Positions 31,973 to 40,938 of a stretch of 64,000 nt of DNA are shown here, one piece after another. The DNA is from Candidatus Poribacteria bacterium (lineage in GTDB: Bacteria; Poribacteria; WGA-4E; WGA-3G), in the NCBI GenBank assembly GCA_965205015.1, contig OZ242029.1, forward strand, positions 2,656,001 to 2,720,000, written 5' to 3'. The notes below the pieces were generated by a model that ran no database searches, was not told the origin of the DNA, and worked only from the letters and a program-made list of their open reading frames with translations. A program made the position numbers and the translations under genes. Position 1 is the first letter of the stretch; each line of letters opens with the position of its first letter.

Positions 31973-33262
31973 TTATGCAGTTATGCGTTGCCAAGGGACA
32001 CGCCCTGCCTTTTGCGTTTCCGCCTGAAATAATTGACTCATTTCTCTAAAGAGGTCCAGTTGTATCTGTGAGTCGTTCGTCGTTTCCAGTGGATCGCTTG
32101 ATAAATCGTAGAGTTCCAATGGCTCAAAAGGACTGTTGTGCAATAATTTAGTGTCCCCACGCCGTATGGCATGCTGACACTGCCCCAGAAATCGCTGTCC
32201 GCCCTCTCTTCGCAACCAGTAGAGAATGCGGTCAGAGAAGTCTTGCTGTTCCCCTTGGAGTGTTTGCCAAATTGAACGTGCTTCGATTTCGTGAGTGATC
32301 GGGACTCCAGCTACCTCACAGACTGTCGGGAAAAGGTCCATCAGCAAGGCCACCTGATCGGTGACATGTCCCTCCGGAACATGCCCTGGCCACATTGCAC
32401 AGGTCGGGACTCGGATGCCGCCTTCGTACATTTCACCCTTTTGCCCGCGTATGGGACCGTTATGTGCGCCGACGTCCATCGACCCGCCATTATCAGAGGT
32501 ATAAATAACGAGTGTATTGGACAGCTGATCCGTTTCAACAAGCGTATCAAGTACTCGCCCAATACCAGCATCCATGTGCTCAACAAGCGCAATGTATTTG
32601 GCGCGCTGTGGAGAAATGTCCGGCTCGCGTTCCCTGACGCGTTCCACCCAATCATCCGGCGGTTGGATCGGTGTATGTGGCGCGTTATATGCAAGATAGA
32701 GGAAAAAAGGAGACTCGGATGATTCTGCCTGAGCACGAATGAAATCCGTACTCCATTCCGTGAAGAGGTCTGTGGCGTGTCCTCTCGGATCGATCGTATC
32801 GAAGCCGTGTTGCATGTAATTGATATCGTGTCGGAGATGTGTGTAGTAGTCATCCATCATATCGCCGAGAAAACCGTGGAAATGGTCGAAACCCCGTTTA
32901 CATGGATGGTTCTCCGGTTCAAGTCCAAGGTGCCACTTACCGATGAGTGCGGTCTGATACGCCTTCCGCTTCAAAATTGATGGGAGTGTGACGGCGTCCT
33001 GTCGAAAGTAGCCCCAACTGTTTTCTGGATGGGTGCGGATTACGCCCGGCACTCCGACTCGGTCGGGGTAGCGTCCGGTCATGAGAGCGGATCTACTGGG
33101 AGAACAGACGGAGGAATTGGCATAAAATTGGGTAAATCGCACCCCGTTTTCGGCGATTCTGTCAATATTGGGCGTCTGAATTGATGGACCGTTGTGAGCT
33201 GAAATATCACCATAACCGTGGTCGTCGGCGAGAATAAGCAGTACATTCGGGGACTTCGTCAT
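31973..33262 (-). CDS. Formylglycine-dependent sulfatase
   Basis: PNVLLILADD, CSPSR, GKWHLG, SDNG. Confidence 0.95.
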   Translation of the reverse strand: MTKSPNVLLILADDHGYGDISAHNGPSIQTPNIDRIAENGVRFTQFYANSSVCSPSRSALMTGRYPDRVGVPGVIRTHPENSWGYFRQDAVTLPSILKRKAYQTALIGKWHLGLEPENHPCKRGFDHFHGFLGDMMDDYYTHLRHDINYMQHGFDTIDPRGHATDLFTEWSTDFIRAQAESSESPFFLYLAYNAPHTPIQPPDDWVERVREREPDISPQRAKYIALVEHMDAGIGRVLDTLVETDQLSNTLVIYTSDNGGSMDVGAHNGPIRGQKGEMYEGGIRVPTCAMWPGHVPEGHVTDQVALLMDLFPTVCEVAGVPITHEIEARSIWQTLQGEQQDFSDRILYWLRREGGQRFLGQCQHAIRRGDTKLLHNSPFEPLELYDLSSDPLETTNDSQIQLDLFREMSQLFQAETQKAGRVPWQRITA

Positions 33263-33378
33263 AATGTTTCCTTGACAGATGTAGGCGAATCCTAAACTCG
33301 TCCATGCCTCAGTGGCGTCGAGGAATGAGTGCAACCGGTCGTTCAGAGAACGCCCCAGCTGCACTCGGTTTGTCTGGT

Positions 33379-34167
33379 CTATTGCCGAGCTTTAATGCTG
33401 CCCCATGTGGTTGCAAGCTTACCAGAAGGCTCAACAGGCAGGAGTGTTCGCATTCCTTTTTCCATCAATTCCTTTATATCTTCTGCTTCCAGCACAGAAG
33501 CGAAAATTGCGACCTCATAGAGTATACCATCGAGGGTCTCTGAAGTGTTGTTGGTCCAACCACCGATGTTGACATCCGTGTCATTCCGAGGTGCCGGTTT
33601 ACCCATCCCGCCAACAGAAGCGATTTCCTCAGCATTTTCGTAGATCTTGATGGTATCCTTTGCGTCGTAAGTTGCGGTCATGTACAACCATTCATCTTTC
33701 TTCACTTGACTTTGATTCCAGGCACCTTTCCAACCGCCGTTCGCGAAGTAAGCTTCCCAACCGGTGCCGGAGCTGCTTGTCCTGAAGGCGTAATTTGCCA
33801 CTGTACCCGCCGCGGGTCTTTTGCCGAGAATATGTCCATACCCGTTCTCGGATTTGTTGACATACACCCATGAAGTGATTGACCACGCCTTTTCCAGATA
33901 CATACTGTCGGAATCTGCGATGATAACCCGATCATTTTGTCCATTTAAGCTTAGAGCGGCGGGACCCTTATTTGGTCCTTTGACCCATTTTCCGCCCTGA
34001 AGTTCACCGTGATTCTCGTTTCCAGAGATATCCTCGATTTGATCGCCTTTCCCTTCGTCGAGTAGCCAAATGCCTCTTGCGGTTTCAAAATCTATCTCTG
34101 CATAGGTTGGGACTGCGAAGGTCAAACCGATGGTGATAATCGCTAAGCAAACTATAACGGATTTCAT
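33379..34167 (-). CDS. Secreted LamG-like jellyroll protein (Lys-rich member of pair)
   Basis: Signal peptide; W.LDEG.G..I.D.SG...HG; LPVEPSGKLATTW tail. Confidence 0.85.
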   Translation of the reverse strand: MKSVIVCLAIITIGLTFAVPTYAEIDFETARGIWLLDEGKGDQIEDISGNENHGELQGGKWVKGPNKGPAALSLNGQNDRVIIADSDSMYLEKAWSITSWVYVNKSENGYGHILGKRPAAGTVANYAFRTSSSGTGWEAYFANGGWKGAWNQSQVKKDEWLYMTATYDAKDTIKIYENAEEIASVGGMGKPAPRNDTDVNIGGWTNNTSETLDGILYEVAIFASVLEAEDIKELMEKGMRTLLPVEPSGKLATTWGSIKARQ

Positions 34168-34175
34168 GTTTACCT

Positions 34176-34575
34176 GTTCTTAAAAACCTATGTTTTTCCG
34201 AAGAAATCCATAAATTTCTAAAGGGTTCCTAACCCCTGTTACGGCACCCGTCAGTGTCTAAGCCTACCTATACCCAACTGTGCCTGCCACGTTAGCAGAA
34301 GATATAGGCGGCTTGCATATCCCAAGAAACACGGGATATGGACGAACCGTCAAAGTTAGCACCGAAATGCTAACGCCTTTTTCTCGCCCCGTACTCTATT
34401 TTCCAGGCTCATCAACGGGTATTTGAACCTGTCGGGCAGCCCTACGTGGTTCTTGTAGGTTGCATTGGTTTTTGCGACTGCCAGAGGCGGTATGTGGGAA
34501 TCGAACCCACCGAGAATGCCTACATTTACCGCGAAACATAGAAAAAACAAGAAAAACAACTATGTAGGAATGACT
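34176..34575 (-). ncRNA. 400-nt structured RNA element inserted in the RBS, copy A
   Basis: Homologous to 55788-56202 with compensatory changes; absent from the homologous leader of paralog 34671-35453. Confidence 0.85.
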
Positions 34576-34670
34576 CCTAAAGGTTGAATTTACCGTTAAA
34601 GAACATTTACGTCGGTGTGTCCCTTTAGTTGTTCAGGTGACCCACCGACTGCGCCCAATTTGTTCAACGC

Positions 34671-35453
34671 TTATTGAGATTTGATGTCTGCCCATGTCGT
34701 TGCGAGTTTGCCAGAAGGTTCAACAGGAGTGACTAAGGACGGGAGTCCCTCGTCCATCAGGGTGTTTACGTCTTCTTCTGACAGCGCGACACTAAAAAGC
34801 GCGACCTCAGAAAGCATACCGTCAAGGGTCTCTGTGGTATTGTTGGTCCAACCGCCGATGTTGGTGTCAGTATCATTCCGGGGTGCCGGTCCACCAAGAC
34901 CGCCAACAGAACCGATTTCAGCTCCGTTTTCGTAGATTTTGATGGTGTCTTCTCCATCATAAGTTGCGGTCATGTACAACCATTCATCTTTCTTGACGGT
35001 TCCTTGATTCCAAGCCCCTTTCCAGCCGCCTCGCGAGTAATATGCTTCCCAGCCGGTACCATTGCCGCTTGTCCTGAAGGCGTAATTTGCCACCGTCCCA
35101 GATGCGGGTCTTTTGCCGAGAATATGTCCAAAACCGTTCTCGGTGCTATTCACGAAAACCCATGCAGTGATTGTCCACGCCTTCTCCAGATACAAACTAT
35201 CGGAGTCAGCAATGATAACCCGATCATCTTGTCCGTTCAAACTTAGGGCAGGCCCATTCGGTCCGTCGACCCATTCTCCGCCCTGAAGTTCACCGTGATT
35301 TTCGTTTCCAGACATATCGTTGATCATATTGCCTTCGCCTTCATCGAGTAACCAAATGCCTCGTGCGGTTCCAAGGTCGATCTCCGCATAGGTCTGGACT
35401 GTGAAGGTTAGACTGATGATAAGAATCGCTAAGCGAATTATAGTGGATTTCAT
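34671..35453 (-). CDS. Secreted LamG-like jellyroll protein (acidic member of pair)
   Basis: Close paralog of 33379-34167; intact AGGAGGT RBS; TPVEPSGKLATTW tail. Confidence 0.85.
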   Translation of the reverse strand: MKSTIIRLAILIISLTFTVQTYAEIDLGTARGIWLLDEGEGNMINDMSGNENHGELQGGEWVDGPNGPALSLNGQDDRVIIADSDSLYLEKAWTITAWVFVNSTENGFGHILGKRPASGTVANYAFRTSGNGTGWEAYYSRGGWKGAWNQGTVKKDEWLYMTATYDGEDTIKIYENGAEIGSVGGLGGPAPRNDTDTNIGGWTNNTTETLDGMLSEVALFSVALSEEDVNTLMDEGLPSLVTPVEPSGKLATTWADIKSQ

Positions 35454-35497
35454 TTTACCTCCTAAAGGTTGAATGTGCCGTTAAGGGATGTTTTGAA

Positions 35498-35584
35498 TGG
35501 GCAGATACAAGACCTGCCCCTACAAGTGGGCAGATACAAGACCTACCCCTACAAGTGGGCAGATACAAGACCTGCCCCTACAAG
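35498..35584. repeat. Three tandem 29-nt GTAG-type REP units
   Basis: TGGGCAGATACAAGACCTRCCCCTACAAG x3 with no spacers; related units at 10307-10333 and 58087-58112. Confidence 0.9.
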
Positions 35585-35585
35585 A

Positions 35586-36605
35586 TCATAATTCACCGTA
35601 ATTAACCGACTCTTCTGAATTTACCGCCTGAATCAGTGCGATGATGTATCCGAACTGGAATGCCCATGCCTGTCGAACCCTACCAGAAACACCGGAGGGC
35701 GATGGATCGTCTGGATGTCCTGGTGCGTGATCAGGCATTAGCATGTAGGGGTATTCTACATCTCGAAGCGTCTGTGCAACTTTGTGCATGTCCAAGTGTC
35801 CCTCGTCGGGCCAGACCTCTTGGAAGTTGTGCAGTCCGCCTCGGATGTTACGAAAGTGAATGTTGAAAAGTTTTTTCTGCTCACCAAAATAGCGGAGGAT
35901 TTCGTAGAACTCAGTGCTTGGATCGTCTAAACCCTCGGACACTGTGCCGCAGCAGAAATTAAAACCGTGATAGGGACTATCCACAATTTCAGCGTAACGT
36001 TTCAAACCATCAAAGATGGGATAATTCCACCGTTCAACGCCTCTCAAAATAGGTGCGGGTGGATCGTTTGGGTGACACGCCATCTGGATTCGGTTCGCTT
36101 CGGCGACTGGGATCACACGTTCAAGGAAATACGCGATTCGATCAAACGCTTCTTCCCGACTGACCTCACCTGCTTCTGACAACGTTTCGTTATCGTACTT
36201 GGAAAGGTCGAATGTGCTGTAACTTGAGCCACCGCGCCCGAGTGTGCTCTCCGTCCGCTGATGGTTTAGGATGCAAAAATTATAATTTAAACCTCGCAAT
36301 CCAGCCGCTGCAGCGTTCTCGATCATTTTACAAACGGCATCAATATCTCGATCGCGCTGCGGATCTTCGGCAAGCGTAATGCTCCTTGGAAGCCCAATAT
36401 GAATCATCTCCAGGCTAACACCTGCTTCCGCCGCTTCCGCTTTGTGTCGAGCCAGCGTTTCGGTTTCGGTATTCTCAACGGAGGCATCCATGTGCGTTAC
36501 CCCGTGGCGCACGAGGAATGCCAACTCTTTGGGAGATGTTCCGATTCCTTGGACACCGACGTGCATCGCTGCCTTTTTGTGTGATTGTTTCTCAGGTGTA
36601 TCCAT
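35586..36605 (-). CDS. Mannonate dehydratase (UxuA)-like protein
   Basis: YNF, VIPVAE..IQMACHPNDPP, FCCGT, HFRNI, MPDHAP. Confidence 0.8.
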   Translation of the reverse strand: MDTPEKQSHKKAAMHVGVQGIGTSPKELAFLVRHGVTHMDASVENTETETLARHKAEAAEAGVSLEMIHIGLPRSITLAEDPQRDRDIDAVCKMIENAAAAGLRGLNYNFCILNHQRTESTLGRGGSSYSTFDLSKYDNETLSEAGEVSREEAFDRIAYFLERVIPVAEANRIQMACHPNDPPAPILRGVERWNYPIFDGLKRYAEIVDSPYHGFNFCCGTVSEGLDDPSTEFYEILRYFGEQKKLFNIHFRNIRGGLHNFQEVWPDEGHLDMHKVAQTLRDVEYPYMLMPDHAPGHPDDPSPSGVSGRVRQAWAFQFGYIIALIQAVNSEESVNYGEL

Positions 36606-36855
36606 CGTTTTGTTCTCCTGTGCCAATTGCGTGTGCCGTATCAACTGTCGGGCTAAAACGTTATCTGCACATTGTAACATACTTAAAAAATTAGGTCAAT
36701 TCAAAATGAGAGCACCGTCAGAGGCATTTGGTTTTCAGTACATCAAACTCACGTTGAGATTGGCGATTGACAATTCCTGAGAGGTGTGTTAAGTTAATGC
36801 CAATCTTTTAGACCTAATTCTGCGTCACAAACTTAACTGAAAGAGGGAAATTCTC

Positions 36856-37161
36856 ATGGAAAAAGAGATTAGAAACGACATCAAAGGCATTGATCGGTTT
36901 ATATTTGAAGCCGGGGCGGACCGAGCACAGCTCCATCTTCATATCTCCGAAGTCGGACCTGGCCAGCGAGCACATCCGCCACATACACACGACGGTCAAG
37001 AAATTTTCTACGTATTTTCCGGTGAAGGCGAAGTCTTGTTTGGGGATCAGACACATCGTGTCAGCGACAACGAAGCCGTCCATGTTGATTGCCAGGTTTT
37101 ACACGGCATACGTAACGTCGGTGAGACACCCCTCCGCTATGCCGTGATTATTGCAAAATGA
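36856..37161 (+). CDS. Cupin-domain protein
   Basis: HPPHTH..QE.FYV.SG.G...HGIRN. Confidence 0.88.
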   Translation: MEKEIRNDIKGIDRFIFEAGADRAQLHLHISEVGPGQRAHPPHTHDGQEIFYVFSGEGEVLFGDQTHRVSDNEAVHVDCQVLHGIRNVGETPLRYAVIIAK

Positions 37162-37215
37162 CCTGTCGCGATCACGCGCGGTGAATAACCGCGCTTTGCA
37201 CAATCCGCGCTAACG

Positions 37216-37653
37216 CTATTCCGAAGATTCTACAGGCAGTCCCTCCGAGCGTAATTTATAAATCCCATAGACCCCGACAGCGATCAGGACAATTCCGACA
37301 GTTGCTAAGCCGCGCCGCACCCAAATCGGTTGTAAAAAGATCGGCAAATTGACGATAAACCATCGGGGTTGTAGGAGTTTTGACATGGCGATGCCGAAAT
37401 ACAGTGCTCCATAAGCGATAAGACCGATGTCGCTCGCTAATTCCTGCTTTCGAGGCGTGACGGGCAGTTTGAACGGGTTGAGGAGATAGTCGCCAGAGAA
37501 GATTAAGGCGATTCCGACAACCAGAAAGATGGAGAGAATTGTACCTGGATACCCTGAACTCCGGAGTGTTATCAACAAACCGATACTGAAACACCCCAAT
37601 ATGAGGCTCATTACCCCTTGCATAATTTGGTAGTTTCTATTTCGTGAGACCAT
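37216..37653 (-). CDS. Hypothetical membrane protein (4 TM)
   Basis: Four hydrophobic segments; start trimmed to avoid overlap with the permease. Confidence 0.6.
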   Translation of the reverse strand: MVSRNRNYQIMQGVMSLILGCFSIGLLITLRSSGYPGTILSIFLVVGIALIFSGDYLLNPFKLPVTPRKQELASDIGLIAYGALYFGIAMSKLLQPRWFIVNLPIFLQPIWVRRGLATVGIVLIAVGVYGIYKLRSEGLPVESSE

Positions 37654-37693
37654 ATTTGCCTTAAGCGCGGAATGAACGTATTTATCGGGTAAT

Positions 37694-38686
37694 TTACGAG
37701 GCGGAAGATCCAAGTCGGATGCGCGGGTCGACCAGTGTGTAACTGATGTCGGTAAGTAATAAACCGACAATATACAGTACAGAACCGATGTAAACCATAC
37801 TGCGCACGATAGCGAAATCCTGGGCATGGATGGCTTCTATTGTAAAACCGCCAAGCCCTGGAATTGCGAAAAACGCTTCCATTACCAAACTTCCCATAAA
37901 GAGCAACGGAATTACCAAGACCACATTCGTCAAAATCGGAATCATTGCGTTCTTCAGGGTATGTTTAAAAAGAACGACTGCTTCACTCAACCCTTTTGCG
38001 CGTGCTGTCCGTACATAGTCCCGATTAATCTCTTCAAGAAATAGCGTTCGGTAAAAACGGATCCCGGTGCCGACCCCACCAATAATGCCGATAACCACTG
38101 GTAGAATAACGAACTTCAACATGTCTGTACCTGTATCATATCCAGAGATTGGGAAAAGTCGCAGCATTTTTCCGAACACCCACTGTCCACCAATAATATA
38201 GAACAGTGTTGAGACGGACATGAGAATAACGGCAAGGATTGTTCCCCAGAAGTCGACGTAGGTTGCGCGATAGTAAGCGACAATCATTGAAACGGTAATG
38301 TTTACCAGAACGCCGATCAGAAAGGTCGGGAGCGCAATCGCGAGACTTGCCCACATTCGTTGAGAAATCTGTGATGTGATGTCAATGTTGTTGGCATCCG
38401 ATGTTCCAAAATCAAAGAAAAAGAGTTTCACCGATTTCTCGAAAAAGATCGTCTGTGTCAAAGACTCGGTCCCGGAGGCTTTGGTATTGAACCAGAGGGG
38501 CAGATGATAGCCGTTTTGTTTCTTCCAATTGTCAATATCTTCCTGCGTAATGTTTTTCTCACCGAGGATGCGTTGTGCCATCTGGTCAGGAGAACTAACG
38601 ACAAAGAAAAGTAAAAATACAGTGATGTTCACACCGATCAAGATTGGGATTGCGTAGAGGGTCCGGCGGACAATGTAGGTGATCAT
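37694..38686 (-). CDS. Peptide ABC transporter permease (OppB/DppB-like)
   Basis: DYVRTARAKGL EAA loop, E..F.IPGLG, DPRIR. Confidence 0.93.
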   Translation of the reverse strand: MITYIVRRTLYAIPILIGVNITVFLLFFVVSSPDQMAQRILGEKNITQEDIDNWKKQNGYHLPLWFNTKASGTESLTQTIFFEKSVKLFFFDFGTSDANNIDITSQISQRMWASLAIALPTFLIGVLVNITVSMIVAYYRATYVDFWGTILAVILMSVSTLFYIIGGQWVFGKMLRLFPISGYDTGTDMLKFVILPVVIGIIGGVGTGIRFYRTLFLEEINRDYVRTARAKGLSEAVVLFKHTLKNAMIPILTNVVLVIPLLFMGSLVMEAFFAIPGLGGFTIEAIHAQDFAIVRSMVYIGSVLYIVGLLLTDISYTLVDPRIRLGSSAS

Positions 38687-38691
38687 TAAAA

Positions 38692-40827
38692 TTAAACACC
38701 CCGTTCCCGTTTCCAAATTGTGATCACAGCCGGAATAGTGCCTAAAATAAGGAGCGTGATACATACCCATAGGGGCCAGACAACGGGTTGATTCCATGCC
38801 TCCCGATTTTCCGTCCGCTGACCAGCATTAATGCGAACATACTTAAGCGTTCCACCGCCCAAGGCGTTCGGTTTACTGTTCTTCACCCATTGATGCGACA
38901 GACCGAAACTAACAGGGTGAAAGGTGAAGACCCACGGTGCATCTCGTTGAAGCAGATGATTCATTTCGCGAATGAGTGCCAACCGTTCTGGCGAGTTTTC
39001 CATATTTTTCATCTGCTCAAAGCGTTTGTTGTATTCGGCGTTATCGTAGTTTGCAGTGTTTTCACCCCCGTGAACGACTCTGGCATTTGGTCCATAGAGG
39101 AGAAATAGAAAATTTTCGGCATCAGGGTAATCTGCGCGCCATCCCCATGAGATGATTTGGAAGTTCCCGTTCTTCACTTTATCCCGAAATCGGTTGTAAT
39201 CCGTCGTGCGGTTCTCCATCGTAATGCCGAGTTGATCCAACTTATTCCGCATCCACATTATGTGGGGTGTAGCCCCTGCGGAGTTCCAGGCGTTGTCAAA
39301 AGTGACGACGAGGGGTTTTCCCTTACTATCCTGTCCATCTGGGTAGCCGGCTTCTGCGAGAAGTTGTTTGGCTTCTTCAATGGATTTGCGAACCGGATGT
39401 TGCTTTTGGGCATCCCAATTATAGACATAAGGGTTCATGCCGCTTTCGCCCGCCTCGTGCCCAAAGATACCGGGCGGAATGGGATTATGGGAACTAACCC
39501 CGCGTCCATTGTAGAAAATTTCAACGTACTCCTCATAATCTAAAACGATCGAAATGGCTTGACGGAGTTTCTGCTTTTCCACTGTATTCCCACCAAGCGT
39601 ATCGTCCAACATATTAAAAGCGAGGTATCTCGTCGTCGGTTCAACACTGGTGCGTAGCACGATACCTTTCGCGTTCATCTCCTCACTTATCCTCGGATCG
39701 CCTGTATCGTTAAACGTGACGGCACTGTCAAATGTGTCCGAAGAGATGCCGGAAGTATCATAGTATCCCTGTAAGAATTTATTCCAGCGTGGAATGTATT
39801 CCTTTTCCAATTTGTAGACGATTCTTGGAATAAAGGGAACAATTTCCCAGGCATCGTCTAACAGTCCGGCTTCCCTATCACCAGGTTCTCCGCTTGATGG
39901 GTAACGCACCACCCGATAATTCTCATTCCTGACGAGAATTATCTCTTTGTACGAGAGCAGGGTTTCTATCCGATAGGCACCCGTTCCGACAGGAAATCTG
40001 TCAATCGTAATATTCCGATCTTCGACTGCGGGTTGACTGTAGAAATCAATTGCCTCTTTCGGCATGGGTGAAAAGAATGGCATCGCTAACCAATAGACAA
40101 ACTGCGGATACTTCGTCTTAAGGATAATCCGATAGGTGTATCGGTCCACGACTTCGACACCCGGAAAAGGGGCGTCCTGCTGTCCGTTAGCAATAGCGGC
40201 TGAATACGCTTCCATGCCGAGGATATAATCCTTCAGCGTGCTAAGAATAGGACAGGAAACCCCCGGATCCGCCATTCGTTTAATTTGATAGACATAATCC
40301 GCAGCGATGAGTTCACGCGTGCCTGTCATTGGGAAATCTTTGATCTCATTGAAGCCTTTAACATCTGATTTCGTTAAGTTGTGGTAATGCCACTTCCCAT
40401 CTTCAGTCTTTGCAAAACAGGGATGTTGCTGATACGTAATCCCTGGACGGATGCGGACTTCATAAACGGCACGCGCCACGGATTTCGCCGGCGCGTTTGG
40501 TGATAACTGCTGTCCGTTAGCATCTAAGTAGCGGGGTTGCGGCACCGCCTCTGCGGTCAACGGGATGAGTTCGTAGGGTCTTTTCAGGTAATGATATTGC
40601 AGCGGAGGTTCATAAATCTGCTGGATGAACCTATATTCGTCCGAACTGTAGGAGATCGCTGGATCGAAGTGTTTCGGTTCTTCACTGAATGTACTATAGT
40701 AAATTTCTTGATCGTGTTCGGATTTAGGATATGGATTATTCGGCACACCACAACCAAAGAGAAAAAGAGTGAGTGTTAAGGCTACACAATATCGACTTGA
40801 AAATTTCGGCAATACGATTTGCATCAT
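38692..40827 (-). CDS. Peptide ABC transporter substrate-binding lipoprotein with C-terminal TM
   Basis: Lipobox LFGC, PVGTGAY, W.ADYPD.ENF family-5 SBP motifs. Confidence 0.88.
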   Translation of the reverse strand: MMQIVLPKFSSRYCVALTLTLFLFGCGVPNNPYPKSEHDQEIYYSTFSEEPKHFDPAISYSSDEYRFIQQIYEPPLQYHYLKRPYELIPLTAEAVPQPRYLDANGQQLSPNAPAKSVARAVYEVRIRPGITYQQHPCFAKTEDGKWHYHNLTKSDVKGFNEIKDFPMTGTRELIAADYVYQIKRMADPGVSCPILSTLKDYILGMEAYSAAIANGQQDAPFPGVEVVDRYTYRIILKTKYPQFVYWLAMPFFSPMPKEAIDFYSQPAVEDRNITIDRFPVGTGAYRIETLLSYKEIILVRNENYRVVRYPSSGEPGDREAGLLDDAWEIVPFIPRIVYKLEKEYIPRWNKFLQGYYDTSGISSDTFDSAVTFNDTGDPRISEEMNAKGIVLRTSVEPTTRYLAFNMLDDTLGGNTVEKQKLRQAISIVLDYEEYVEIFYNGRGVSSHNPIPPGIFGHEAGESGMNPYVYNWDAQKQHPVRKSIEEAKQLLAEAGYPDGQDSKGKPLVVTFDNAWNSAGATPHIMWMRNKLDQLGITMENRTTDYNRFRDKVKNGNFQIISWGWRADYPDAENFLFLLYGPNARVVHGGENTANYDNAEYNKRFEQMKNMENSPERLALIREMNHLLQRDAPWVFTFHPVSFGLSHQWVKNSKPNALGGGTLKYVRINAGQRTENREAWNQPVVWPLWVCITLLILGTIPAVITIWKRERGV

Positions 40828-40938
40828 TCTTCCTCAAGACTTGGTAAATATGCCGTTCCTGTCAGTGAAATTCGGACACGCTAACATCTTAAATTAAAAT
40901 GAATTGAAGACAGAGAAATAGAGAAGAAATTCTTGCCA

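Noticed and set aside
34494-34510. tRNA/tmRNA gene suggested by GGTTCGATTCC (and GGTTCAAGTCC at 55855)
   Set aside because: Only a T-arm is present: no D-arm/anticodon cloverleaf, acceptor stem or CCA. It is a subdomain of the 400-nt element.
34356-34559. 67-aa ORF in element copy A and 60-aa ORF (55824-56006) in copy B
   Set aside because: Reading frames and peptides are not conserved between the copies, whereas base pairing is.
34176-34575. Canonical group I or group II intron
   Set aside because: No GUGYG 5' end, no canonical domain V/VI geometry and no group I P7 consensus seen by eye; kept only as a non-canonical possibility.
35498-35584. CRISPR array
   Set aside because: The 29-nt units abut with no spacers and there are no cas genes; they match the dispersed REP family.
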